DNA from: Halarcobacter sp.
GTDB taxonomy: Bacteria > Campylobacterota > Campylobacteria > Campylobacterales > Arcobacteraceae
NCBI GenBank assembly: GCA_048571215.1
Contig: CP182352.1
Coordinates: forward strand, 2,944,001 to 3,008,000
Direction: 5' to 3'
DNA: 64,000 nucleotides
This document shows positions 8,755 to 18,956 of this stretch, piece after piece; position 1 is the first letter of the stretch; every line of letters starts with the position of its first letter. The notes beneath the pieces were generated by a model. The model worked only from the letters and a program-made list of their open reading frames with translations. It searched no databases and was not told the DNA's origin. Made by a program: the position numbers and the translations under genes.

Positions 8755-10533
8755 ATGTGTGGAATATTAGGAACAAATTTTATAAGTGATAACTTCAAAT
8801 TAGCCTTAGAGAACTTAAATAATAGAGGTCCAGATTTTAACTCTTTTTTAAAAATAGATTCTAAACAATTTGGTCATACTAGATTAGCTATTATTGATTT
8901 AGACAAAGAAGCCAATCAACCTATGGTTTTTGATGATATCTTAATTGTATTTAATGGGGAAATCTACAATTATAAACAACTAATCAAGGATGAAAATCTT
9001 ATTTGTAAAACCTCATCAGATACAGAAGTTTTAATTAGACTCTATCAAAAATATCAATTAAATTTTTTAAATAAATTAAATGGGATGTTCTCTTTTTGTA
9101 TTTATGATATGAAAAAAGAAAAATATTTTTGTGCTAGGGATAGGTATGGCAAAAAACCATTTTTTTACTATTTCAAAGATAATAAGTTTATCTTTTCAAG
9201 CTCAATAAAATCTATAATAAAGATACTTGGAACTACACCACCTTTAAATAAAATTGCCCTTAGTCAATATGTGCAATATTTTGTTCCCTTATCTGCGAAC
9301 ACTTTTTATAAAGATATAGATTCCCTTGAGGCAGCATCTTATTTAACTTTTCAAAACAATACCATAGAGAAAAAGAAGTTTTATAAGATAAATACCTATA
9401 AGGCTATAAAAGATGAAAAAACAGCCTTAGATAAAATAGAAGAGACTTTAATAAAAAGTGTTGAAAGTAGACTTGTGGCTGATGTGGAAGTTGGTTCTTT
9501 ATTAAGTGGTGGAGTTGATAGTTCCCTAATCTCTGCTATTTATTCTAAAATAAGTTCAAAAAAAATACACACCTTTTCTATTGGTTATGATGAGTATAAA
9601 AACTATTGTGAGTTGGAATATGCAAATATCACTGCAAAACATATAAACTCAAATCATACTGCTGTAAGCATAGGAAAAAAAGATTTTATAGAGTATTTAG
9701 AAGATAGCTTAGATACTTTAGAACAACCCCATGCGGATAGCGCTGCCATACCATTAAATATTCTTACAAAAAAGATTAAAGATTCTAATATAAAAACTGT
9801 ATTAAGTGGGGAAGGTAGTGACGAGATCTTCTTAGGTTATGATAACTATAAAAAGTTTTTAGGATATTATGAATTTGAAAAATCTTTAAACTCTTCACAA
9901 AATCAATTTTTAAACTCAATTATCTCTGCTTTGCAAAACAATACAAAAGAGAGTGAATATTTAAGAAGAATCATAAAAAAAGAGCCTTTATATAACTCTT
10001 TTGGTGAAATTTTTTCTGATATTCAAAAACGCAAACTTTTTAAAAAGGTACCCACCTTTAAGAGTGAGACTGCAAAAAAAGACCCAGTAGATTGGATGAG
10101 TTATATTGATTTAAAAATTTGGTTAGGAGAAGCTCTTTTAAGTAAGGTTGATAGAATCTCAATGGGGAATTCAATTGAAGTTAGAACACCCTTTTTAGAT
10201 TACAATTTAGTAAACCTTCTTTTTAGTATAGATTCAAAGCTAAAAGTGGGAAATACAAATAAATATTTACTAAAAAAAATCGCTTCAAAGTATATCCCTG
10301 ATACTATTATAAATAGACCAAAGAAAGGTTTTAACTCCCCTTTTAATGAATGGCTTTTACAAGAGTATGGAAACAGTGTTTTGGAACTAATTTTGCAAGT
10401 AAATAAAAATAGTAAGATATTTAATGAAGATTATCTTATTAAAATATTTGAATTAGCAAAGAATAGAAAGTTTAAACAGCACTTATGGACGCTGTTTGTA
10501 TTTTCTAAATGGTATAAAAAAAATTATATGTAA
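8755..10533 (+). CDS. asnB: Asparagine synthase (glutamine-hydrolysing) family amidotransferase
   Basis: MCGI Ntn start, NGEIYN, LSGGVDSS, SGEGSDE, EVRTPFLD. Confidence 0.92.
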   Translation: MCGILGTNFISDNFKLALENLNNRGPDFNSFLKIDSKQFGHTRLAIIDLDKEANQPMVFDDILIVFNGEIYNYKQLIKDENLICKTSSDTEVLIRLYQKYQLNFLNKLNGMFSFCIYDMKKEKYFCARDRYGKKPFFYYFKDNKFIFSSSIKSIIKILGTTPPLNKIALSQYVQYFVPLSANTFYKDIDSLEAASYLTFQNNTIEKKKFYKINTYKAIKDEKTALDKIEETLIKSVESRLVADVEVGSLLSGGVDSSLISAIYSKISSKKIHTFSIGYDEYKNYCELEYANITAKHINSNHTAVSIGKKDFIEYLEDSLDTLEQPHADSAAIPLNILTKKIKDSNIKTVLSGEGSDEIFLGYDNYKKFLGYYEFEKSLNSSQNQFLNSIISALQNNTKESEYLRRIIKKEPLYNSFGEIFSDIQKRKLFKKVPTFKSETAKKDPVDWMSYIDLKIWLGEALLSKVDRISMGNSIEVRTPFLDYNLVNLLFSIDSKLKVGNTNKYLLKKIASKYIPDTIINRPKKGFNSPFNEWLLQEYGNSVLELILQVNKNSKIFNEDYLIKIFELAKNRKFKQHLWTLFVFSKWYKKNYM

Positions 10534-10582
10534 TATTTTAATAAGTTTGAACAATATATAATACAACTACTAAAGGATATAA

Positions 10583-10885
10583 ATGAACTTATTAATTCCC
10601 GTTGATTGTAATAAAAGACATGAAGCTCTTATTACTACATTAGATACTACAAAATATTGGGTCTTTATTGAATTAGAAGAGGGTCAAATTGTAGAGTGTA
10701 AATTTTATAAAAATAGAGAAGATATTGAAGCTTGGATTGAAACAGTAGTTGTAATTAATGACCAAGAATATATTTGGCAATTCCAAGAAGAAGGTATAGC
10801 AGTTCTTGTAGCCCCTACTCAAAGAAGTATAGATGAGATTGTTGAAGCATTTTTATTTAAAGAACTTCATGATTTAAATATCTAA
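10583..10885 (+). CDS. Hypothetical protein (100 aa, acidic)
   Basis: ORF with AAGGA SD. Confidence 0.7.
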   Translation: MNLLIPVDCNKRHEALITTLDTTKYWVFIELEEGQIVECKFYKNREDIEAWIETVVVINDQEYIWQFQEEGIAVLVAPTQRSIDEIVEAFLFKELHDLNI

Positions 10886-10897
10886 ATTAATTTATGT

Positions 10898-10973
10898 GAT
10901 CGTGTAGCTCAGTTGGTAGAGCACTACGTTGACATCGTAGTTGTCGTTGGTTCAAGCCCAATCATGGTCACCA
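10898..10973 (+). tRNA. tRNA-Val (GAC)
   Basis: Acceptor stem GATCGTG/CATGGTC, D arm TAGCTCAGTTGGTAGAGC, anticodon arm CTACG-TTGACAT-CGTAG, T arm GTTGG-TTCAAGC-CCAAT, 3' ACCA. Confidence 0.95.
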
Positions 10974-11107
10974 TAACTATATATTTTACTTAAGAAATTA
11001 ATATTTTAAGCTACTAATATATTTTTTAGTTACCACTTTTATAAAAACATAATCCTTATTTCAATAAAATATTCATCTTAATTATCTATCCAAAAAAAAG
11101 GAATACA

Positions 11108-12163
11108 ATGAAAGTTTTTTTTAAACTGTTATTATTAGCTTTGCTTTTATCAACAAGTGCTAATGCGGCGCAAAGAGTATATAAACTTAGATTGGCAACA
11201 ACATGGGGTCCAACTTTACACCCACTTATTGATGCTGCAAGGAATATGGCTAGTTTAGCCGAAGAGTTATCAGATGGTAAACTTAAAATAAAAGTTGATC
11301 CAGCAAATATCCATAAATCTCCTTTGGGAATTTTAGATATGGTAAAAGGTGGTCAATATGATTTAGGACACACTGCTTCTTATTATTGGAAAGGTAAAGA
11401 TATAGCAACTTTACCATTTACTTCTATGCCTTTTGGTTTAACTGCTCCTGAACAATACTCATGGTTTTATCATGGTGGTGGTTTAGAACTTATGCAAAAA
11501 GTTTATGCTAAGCACAATGTTCTTTCATTTCCAGGGGGAAGTACTGGTGTTCAAATGGGTGGTTGGTTTAAAAAAGAGATTAAAACTCTAGATGACCTAA
11601 AGGGTCTTAAGATGAGAATTCCAGGTTTTGCTGGTGAGATTATGGCTAAACTAGGTGTTCAAGTTACAAATATTGCTCCAAGTGAGTTATTTATGGCTTT
11701 AGAAAGAAATAGTATTGATGCCTTAGAGTGGGTAGGTCCATCTATGGATATTAAAATGGGATTTCATAAAATTGCTCCATATTATTATACAGGTTGGCAT
11801 GAACCAGCTTCAGAAATGCAATTTTTAGTAAATAAAAAAGTTTACAATAAACTTCCAGAACATTTACAAAAGATTTTAGTAACTGCTATGAGACTTGCGG
11901 CATACGATATGTATATTCAAAACTATGATATGAATGCCTTTGCTTGGAAAAAAATGAAAGAGGATTATCCAAATATTCAAGTTAAAACTTTTCCAAAAAA
12001 GATTATGGATGCAATGAAAAAAGCTAATAAAGAATTAAGAACTGAATTATCTAAGAAATCACCTGAACTAAAAGAGGTTTTAGATAGTCAAGATAAGTAT
12101 ATGAAAACAATTAGAGAATGGTCTAAGATGTCAGATTACTTATATCTTAAAGATAATATTTAA
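11108..12163 (+). CDS. TRAP transporter substrate-binding protein (DctP/TakP-like)
   Basis: Signal peptide, QMGGWF, GLKMRIPG, DALEWVGP, YYYTGWHEP. Confidence 0.92.
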   Translation: MKVFFKLLLLALLLSTSANAAQRVYKLRLATTWGPTLHPLIDAARNMASLAEELSDGKLKIKVDPANIHKSPLGILDMVKGGQYDLGHTASYYWKGKDIATLPFTSMPFGLTAPEQYSWFYHGGGLELMQKVYAKHNVLSFPGGSTGVQMGGWFKKEIKTLDDLKGLKMRIPGFAGEIMAKLGVQVTNIAPSELFMALERNSIDALEWVGPSMDIKMGFHKIAPYYYTGWHEPASEMQFLVNKKVYNKLPEHLQKILVTAMRLAAYDMYIQNYDMNAFAWKKMKEDYPNIQVKTFPKKIMDAMKKANKELRTELSKKSPELKEVLDSQDKYMKTIREWSKMSDYLYLKDNI

Positions 12164-12183
12164 GAGGTTTACAAAACCTCTTA
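12161..12183. terminator. Terminator-like hairpin after the TRAP SBP gene
   Basis: taagaggttt-aca-aaacctctta. Confidence 0.6.
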
Positions 12184-12187
12184 AAAC

Positions 12188-13516
12188 GAGACCGTTCAAA
12201 AATCTGTGTCAAGTCACCTAAAGTAACAAATCCATACTTGTTACAACTCTAAATAATTATCCAATCTCCCTTCGAAAAATATAGCAAGTTGGGAGATTGT
12301 TAAACTCCAATTATGCACTGGCTGAGTCCATTTTACTTTTGCATTTAATATTCCCATATACAACAATTTTAAAAGTGAATTCTCATTAGGGAAAGCTCCT
12401 TTTGTTTTGGTTAATTTTCTAAATTGCCTATGTACAGATTCAATAATATTTGTAGTGTACATAATCTTTCTTATCTCTTTTGGATATTTAAAATAATAAG
12501 ATAAATTCTCCCATTTATTTTGCCAAGATTGAAGTACTATGGGATATCTTTTCCCCATTTTTCATCTAGTTTTAAAAGCTCATCTTCTGCAAGTTCTTTT
12601 GTTGTTGCTTGATAAACAAGTTTTAAATCTCTCATAAACTCTTTTTGGTCTTTAGAAGCTACATACTTCAATGAATTACGAATTTGATGTACAACACAAA
12701 GTTGTACTTCGGTATTTGGATATATTGTTTTAATAGCTTCAGGAAAGCCTTTAAGACCATCTACTGATGCAATTAGTATATCTTCTAATCCTCTATTATT
12801 TAAATCAGTAAGAACACTAAGCCAGAAGTTTGCTCCTTCACTTTGGGATAAATATAATCCTAATATATCTTTTTTACCATCAATTCCCATCCCTAAAACT
12901 GTGTAAACTGCTTTACTCACATACTTCCCACCATCTTTTATTTTATAATGTATCGCATCAAGCCATACAAATGGATAAATAGCTTCTAAAGGTCTACTTT
13001 GCCAAGCTTTTACCTTATCTATAATTTTATCTGTAATAGTGCTTATTGTTGCACTTGATAATTGTATTTGATATATCTCTTCAATATGTTTTATAATATC
13101 TCTATAGCTTAATCCTAAGCCATACATAGATAATATCTTTTCTTCTATTTCATTAGACATTGTTGTTTGGTTTTTCTTTACAAGTTGTGGTTCAAAAGAA
13201 CCTGTTCTATCTCTTGGAGTATTCAATTCAAAGGAACCACTTGTTGATTTTATTGTTTTAGAGCTTTTACCATTCTTTCTATTTTTATTTCCTGCAAATA
13301 CATCTTGAGTTATATGAGAATCTAATTCTGCTTCTAAAGCAGCTTCAACTAATTGTTTTACTAATGGAGCAAGTACTCCATCTTTACCATTGATATTTTT
13401 ACCTGCAAGTAAATCTTGTACAGCTTCATTAAAATCAAATTGTTTTTTCTTTTCCATCTATATCAATCCTTATAATATTTATTATATCAGACTGACACAG
13501 ATTTTCTAACACTCCC
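12188..13516 (-). mobile_element. IS256-family insertion sequence (1329 bp)
   Basis: Imperfect 24-bp TIRs (gagaccgttcaaaaatctgtgtca and gggagtgttagaaaatctgtgtca); 8-bp target duplication CTTAAAAC at 12180-12187 and 13517-13524. Confidence 0.93.
12241..13457 (-). pseudogene. IS256-family transposase, frameshifted near 12550
   Basis: PRDRTGSFEP, WLDAIH, VDGLKGF and QLCVVH lie in one frame and YTTNIIES in the next; one A appears missing at KWGK/RYP. Confidence 0.88.
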
Positions 13517-13517
13517 C

Positions 13518-14258
13518 TTAAAACCCATTTGGATTAAATCCTCCACTTGGGTCAAAGCCACTATCAAAACCACCTGAAAAATTTTGAAAAGATTTATCTT
13601 CATATCCCACTTGTACCGACTTCATTCTTAAATTCATAATATCAGTTTTTGGGTCTATAAATTGAGGACATACAATAGTACAGTTACCACATAAGGTGCA
13701 ATCCCATATTCCATTTGTTTGAATAGAATTTAAAATATCATCTACCCTTGCCTCTTTTTTGTCATTTGTATATCTTAAAGCTCGTGTCAAAGCATAAGGA
13801 CCTAAGAAGTCAGCATTTACTTCATATACAGGGCACGAGCTAAAACAACTTTGACACAATATACAATTACTTTGTACATCAATCAATTTTTCATCTTCTA
13901 TAGTAACCATACTAGTACTTAATTGATGTATATATGTTTTGCTACTTTCAAGGAGTTTACTCTCATGGGATAAATCAACAAGCAAGTCTTTTATCACTTT
14001 ACAATTTTTTATTGGTTCTATTAAATCACCTTCATTTAGGTGAGTTTTACAAGCAAGCTTTTCAACTGAATTTACTCTAATAGCACAGCTACCACAAACA
14101 CCAGTTTTACAACCACATCTATATGTTAAGGTATTGTCTTGGGTCTCTTTTATCTCTATTAGTGAGTTTAATATAGTTTCCTCATGACTTACTTCATACT
14201 CTTCAATATAAGGCTCTTTTTCACCTTTTGAGTTATATCTTTTTATGTTTATTTTCAT
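13518..14258 (-). CDS. Succinate dehydrogenase/fumarate reductase Fe-S subunit
   Basis: CKTGVCGSC [2Fe-2S] motif; CILCQSCFSSCP and CTLCGNCTIVCP. Confidence 0.9.
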   Translation of the reverse strand: MKINIKRYNSKGEKEPYIEEYEVSHEETILNSLIEIKETQDNTLTYRCGCKTGVCGSCAIRVNSVEKLACKTHLNEGDLIEPIKNCKVIKDLLVDLSHESKLLESSKTYIHQLSTSMVTIEDEKLIDVQSNCILCQSCFSSCPVYEVNADFLGPYALTRALRYTNDKKEARVDDILNSIQTNGIWDCTLCGNCTIVCPQFIDPKTDIMNLRMKSVQVGYEDKSFQNFSGGFDSGFDPSGGFNPNGF

Positions 14259-15859
14259 AAAATCTCCTCAAAATAGTGTTTATGGGAATCATCTTCTAAG
14301 ATACAAATACTATTTTTATCAAAAACAGCATTTTCTTCTTGAAAATCTGTTCTATAGTGGGCACCTCTACTCTCTTTTCTATTTAGAGCTGATTGTACGA
14401 TTAGTTGAGATATAAGTAGCATATTTTCTAATTCCAAGAAGTCTGTTAAGTTTTTATTATACTCTTTACTTTTATCTACAATACCAATATCTTTTAACTC
14501 TTCTTTATACTCTTTTATTTTTTCTAGTGCTATAGATAATCTCTGCTCATCTCTAAATAGTCCTACATTTTCAAAAAGTAGTTTTCCCAAATCATTTTTA
14601 ATTTTATAAATATTAATATAGTTTTCACTTACAAATAATTTTTCAATTTTTTTATTGGTTTTATTTAGTATCTCTTCACTAAACTTTTCATTTGAAATAT
14701 CATTTGCACTATTGCTAGCTTCAGCCCCTGCAATTTTACCAAATAAGACTATCTCTAGAAGTGAATTTCCACCTAATCTATTTGCTCCATGAATTCCACT
14801 TTGGGAACACTCACCACAAGCATATAAGTTTGTTATTGAGGTTTTTGCTTTTATATCTGTCAATATTCCACCCATGCTATAATGGGCTGAGGGATTGATT
14901 GGTATGAGGTCATCTACCATATCAAGTTTTAAAAACTCTTGGGCAAGTCTTCTCTCTTGTGGCATTGTTTCATTTATTTTTTCTAAACCTAAATGGGTTA
15001 AATCCAAATAAACTTTTTTGCCCTCTTTATTTTTCGTAAATATCGCCCTGGCAACTTCATCCCTAGGTTTTAATTCGTCAATAAACCTTTTTCCATCTTC
15101 ATCAACTAAATATCCACCTTCACCCCTAGCACTTTCACTTATTAGTATATTTTTATCTTCTAAAGCTGTTGGATGAAATTGTACAAACTCCATATTTGAT
15201 ATTTTTGCACCAGCTTTGTAAGCTAAAGCTATACAATCTCCTGTTGTAGAATAAGAATTAGTAGTAAACCCACTATATACACCAGCATAACCACCACCTG
15301 CTAAGATAACAGTTTTTGCTTCTATTTGCTCTATTTTTCCACTTAATAGATTATATATTACTACACCCTTTACACAATTGTTTTCAACAATCAACTCTAA
15401 AAGCATAGACTCATTTAAAAACTCGATTTTTTCTTTTATACATTGATCATACAATGTATGTAATACTTTCAATCCAGTATAATCTGAACTATAACAGGTT
15501 CTTTTTGCTTTTGTTCCACCAAACTTTCTTTGAGAGATTTCATTTTCACTATTTCTACTAAAAGGAACTCCAATCTCATCAAGCCAGTTAATTATCTCTT
15601 TAGATTTGGAACAAAACAACTCAATATGGTTTTTATTTGCTAACTTATGTGCTGCTTTATAAGTATCATTAATATAGTTTTCAATACTATCTTTGGAATC
15701 TTCTTTTAATACACCATTTATTCCACCTTGGGCTTGACAAGTTTGGGAGTGTGTTGGATATGTTTTTGATATGATTAACACATCAGCTTTATTTTTCTTT
15801 GCACTCAAGGCAGCACTTAAACCTGCTCCACCTGATCCTATTATAATCACATCTTTCAT
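14255..15859 (-). CDS. Succinate dehydrogenase/fumarate reductase flavoprotein subunit
   Basis: GSGGAG, AQGG, QFHPT, SESARGEGG, PRDEVAR, HYSMGG, HGANRLGGNSL, ESRGAHYR. Confidence 0.9.
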   Translation of the reverse strand: MKDVIIIGSGGAGLSAALSAKKNKADVLIISKTYPTHSQTCQAQGGINGVLKEDSKDSIENYINDTYKAAHKLANKNHIELFCSKSKEIINWLDEIGVPFSRNSENEISQRKFGGTKAKRTCYSSDYTGLKVLHTLYDQCIKEKIEFLNESMLLELIVENNCVKGVVIYNLLSGKIEQIEAKTVILAGGGYAGVYSGFTTNSYSTTGDCIALAYKAGAKISNMEFVQFHPTALEDKNILISESARGEGGYLVDEDGKRFIDELKPRDEVARAIFTKNKEGKKVYLDLTHLGLEKINETMPQERRLAQEFLKLDMVDDLIPINPSAHYSMGGILTDIKAKTSITNLYACGECSQSGIHGANRLGGNSLLEIVLFGKIAGAEASNSANDISNEKFSEEILNKTNKKIEKLFVSENYINIYKIKNDLGKLLFENVGLFRDEQRLSIALEKIKEYKEELKDIGIVDKSKEYNKNLTDFLELENMLLISQLIVQSALNRKESRGAHYRTDFQEENAVFDKNSICILEDDSHKHYFEEIL

Positions 15860-15860
15860 T

Positions 15861-16277
15861 TTATTCCCAAAACTCTTTTAAAGGTTTATCATCTTTTATC
15901 TCTTGATCAAATGAGTCCAAATCTAGTTCTTCAATATCTTTTAAAGCACCTTCAATATCCTCATCACTTAACTCATCTATTTGAGTTAGCTCATTATCTA
16001 TATTTTTATCATTATCAAATGATACCTTTTTTTCTTCATTGTTATTTGAAACTTTAGAACTATCTTTTTTATCTAATAACTCTTTTAATGAAAGATATTC
16101 ACTCATCAACTCTTCATATGTTTCAAAATCTAATAACATAAATCCAGGTTTTCCATCCCTTAGAATTATTGCTTTTTCAATCTTCTTTTTATGTAATTTT
16201 TCAAATATCATCTTACTTTTTCTAATTAGGTCTGTAGATGAGTACATCTCTTCTGAAGTATATTGTAGTGGATTCAT
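15861..16277 (-). CDS. Phd/YefM-like antitoxin-domain protein with acidic C-terminal tail
   Basis: SSTDLIRKSKMIFEKL...KAIILRDGKPGFMLLDFETYEEL pattern; AGGA SD before the ATG at 16277. Confidence 0.65.
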   Translation of the reverse strand: MNPLQYTSEEMYSSTDLIRKSKMIFEKLHKKKIEKAIILRDGKPGFMLLDFETYEELMSEYLSLKELLDKKDSSKVSNNNEEKKVSFDNDKNIDNELTQIDELSDEDIEGALKDIEELDLDSFDQEIKDDKPLKEFWE

Positions 16278-16288
16278 GTCAATTCCTA

Positions 16289-16320
16289 TATGTATTTTAA
16301 TACATATTATAATATGTATT
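16289..16320. promoter_or_regulatory. Overlapping palindromic operators covering a TATAAT -10 of the Phd-like gene
   Basis: tatgtatt-tt-aatacata (16289-16306) and perfect 22-bp palindrome aatacatattataatatgtatt (16299-16320). Confidence 0.55.
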
Positions 16321-16975
16321 ATAGTATGTTTATTTAAACACCAGTATAGAATCAATTTATTAATTCTATTGAAATAAAGACATAATAGTATTTTATTATA
16401 AGTCTTATTCTATTTCTAATTATAATAAAATAAAAACTATAATATTTAAATTAGTATTTAAAAGAAATAGCCATATATATAACTTTATAGAGCAATTTAT
16501 TAATCTTAGCAATACTAAATTTGATTCTATTATGACCAAATTAACTAAATTTTTGTTCCAACTCTTATACATTTTTAATTTGTATTATATTACAAATTTA
16601 AAGTCTTATTTATAAGTTGTACATTTACTAATATTATATCAAAATATTAAATAATAATTCAATCATTAATTAATATATTTACATATTTTTATTCATATTA
16701 TATATCATATTGTATTTCTAATATAATTCTAGATATATTACTACTAGTGTGTACTTATTTATATAGTATAATTTATAATGTATTCTTTTTAAATTTGCAA
16801 AAATATTAGTTTATATTTTTGATTTAAAGATGTGTCTTATTTATTATCAATCATAACTTGCTTCACTATATACTACTTTTTCTGGTATCTATAGCTTTTT
16901 TATTTGTTAATTCATTTTTTTACTAATAATTGATTGAAAATATATAATTGTTATTTAATTTTAATTATCTTGTAG

Positions 16976-17005
16976 TACCTTTACATATTTGAATATGTAA
17001 AGGTA
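16976..17005 (-). terminator. 14-bp perfect inverted repeat downstream of phoH
   Basis: tacctttacatatt-tg-aatatgtaaaggta. Confidence 0.6.
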
Positions 17006-17028
17006 TCAACAAATATCTAATATATTTT

Positions 17029-18438
17029 TTATTTTTTAGAAAATACTTGCTCAGCCCATTCTGTAATTGGACCTCTTAGAACTTTTTGAAGTTTAATAGC
17101 AAATACATTTACTAATGAATTAATATTTTTAGTAGATTTAAGTAGTGTAGTTAGTGAGTTTGTATGTTTATTTACATAGAAGTTGTCTATTTGTTTATTA
17201 CTTCCTAATATAACAACTTTACAAGTATTATCTATTCTTGATAAAACCATTTGCATAGTTTTATTTGACATATTTTGTGCTTCATCGATAATAACAAAGG
17301 CATTTGATAAAGTACGTCCTCTCATCTCTCCAACCCACATAGTTTCTATTGAATAGTTCTCAATAAGTTGTTCAACTCTTAGGTTTACCTCTTTATCATC
17401 TAATTCTGAATACCCTTCAGTATTTTTCTTATTAGATTGTTTTCTTTTATATTCACTTCTAATAATATAGTCTAAACTATCCATTAGTGGATGATTATAT
17501 ATTCTAAATTTTTCTTCAAGCCCTGGTAGATACCCAACATCTTCACCCTTATCTAGTGACTCAATTGAGTTTCTAATATATATAATTCTTTGAAAATATT
17601 TTTGTCTTACAAGTTTTAGTGCTCCACTTAAGGCTAAAAGAGTTTTACCACTACCTGCCTTTGCTTCAACTATTAAAACATTATAATAGTGTGCTAATAT
17701 TGCTTGAGAAAAGAATAGTTGCTCTTTATTTAAAGGTATAATCACTTGATTTCTAATTTCACCTTCATCTAATAGTACTATTCTATTGTTTTGCACTGTT
17801 GCAAGTATTATTTGATCAGAACTAATAACTTTAAAACAATAAGAAAAATTATATGGATGATAATCATCATCAAAATCAGTAATTACTCCATTATCTAAAA
17901 ACTCTGTATCTTCAAACTTAACTTCTATTGTTTTTATAAACTCAAAATTAAAATCATCTTTATTTGAACCAACTAAAGAATCTGTTTTTATATCTAAGGA
18001 TACAGCCCTTGTTCTTGCCATAATATCCAAAGATAAGAAGGTGGTATCACTATTATAATACCCTTTTACAAATCTTGCGATTTCTAATATTTTTCTGTCA
18101 TTGATTATATTTAATGGAACATTTTTTACATTTGTTTCATAATCATCTTTTGATATGATATCTACTATTACACTATTTTTGCCAAATACTTCAAGGGTAA
18201 TTATCTTATAGTTTTTCTCTTTTTTAGAGTTAACAATATTTGAATTTTCTAGTATTCTTGCAAACTCTCTTGCTTGAAAATTAATCTCATCAAAACCACT
18301 TTTTTTTGTGTCGATTTCATCAAGTACAGTTTCTGGCAATACTATTAGATTTTTCCCATCATCACTTAACTTAAAGATGTTTGTGGCATCTTCAAGTAAG
18401 ATATTAGTATCTAATACATAAATTTTTTCAAAACTCAT
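17029..18438 (-). CDS. PhoH-family ATPase with N-terminal PIN domain
   Basis: YVLDTNILL PIN motif; AGSGKT, GYLPG, RGRTL, IDEAQN. Confidence 0.9.
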   Translation of the reverse strand: MSFEKIYVLDTNILLEDATNIFKLSDDGKNLIVLPETVLDEIDTKKSGFDEINFQAREFARILENSNIVNSKKEKNYKIITLEVFGKNSVIVDIISKDDYETNVKNVPLNIINDRKILEIARFVKGYYNSDTTFLSLDIMARTRAVSLDIKTDSLVGSNKDDFNFEFIKTIEVKFEDTEFLDNGVITDFDDDYHPYNFSYCFKVISSDQIILATVQNNRIVLLDEGEIRNQVIIPLNKEQLFFSQAILAHYYNVLIVEAKAGSGKTLLALSGALKLVRQKYFQRIIYIRNSIESLDKGEDVGYLPGLEEKFRIYNHPLMDSLDYIIRSEYKRKQSNKKNTEGYSELDDKEVNLRVEQLIENYSIETMWVGEMRGRTLSNAFVIIDEAQNMSNKTMQMVLSRIDNTCKVVILGSNKQIDNFYVNKHTNSLTTLLKSTKNINSLVNVFAIKLQKVLRGPITEWAEQVFSKK

Positions 18439-18956
18439 GAGCTAATCTCTTTTTTACTTTTTTTATTCATTATTTTATAGACAATAAATCCCCCAATTGC
18501 TAGGCTTATTACTGTAAAAAGAAGTGAAAAGGTTTTAGTTATGGCGTAAGCTACTATTAACAATGCCAAAATAGTTGGTATCTCGTTATAAGCTCTAAAA
18601 AAACTACCATCTCTTTTAAAATTACCTTTTTTTAACTCTTTTCTAAAGTATCCCAATGAAAAAGTATAAGCAATAAGCAATATTACTACAAATATTTTCG
18701 CATGTATCCAACCATCTCCCATAATCTCAGGCTGTAAATAAAGCATAACAATTCCGCTAAGAATCGTAGCCCACATGGCAGGAACACCAATATATTTGTA
18801 CATCTTCTCTTCTTGTATCTCTACAACTTCAACAAACTCTTTTTTATCTTTATGTTCAGTATGATATACATAAAGTCTTGGTTGATAAAATAGCATTGCC
18901 ATCCATGACAACACTGCCATAATATGGAAAACCAATACCCATAAATAGTACTCCAT
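18435..18956 (-). CDS. hemJ: Protoporphyrinogen oxidase HemJ (CopD/UPF0093 family)
   Basis: FHIMAVLSWMAMLFYQPRLYVYH, WIHAK, FRAYNEIPT. Confidence 0.88.
   Translation of the reverse strand: MEYYLWVLVFHIMAVLSWMAMLFYQPRLYVYHTEHKDKKEFVEVVEIQEEKMYKYIGVPAMWATILSGIVMLYLQPEIMGDGWIHAKIFVVILLIAYTFSLGYFRKELKKGNFKRDGSFFRAYNEIPTILALLIVAYAITKTFSLLFTVISLAIGGFIVYKIMNKKSKKEISS

Noticed and set aside
10898..10973. tRNA-Val as an integration site
   Set aside because: No integrase and no duplicated tRNA 3' end seen in the window
16330..16975. AT-rich gap as oriC or dif
   Set aside because: No clustered DnaA boxes, no adjacent dnaA and no convincing dif match
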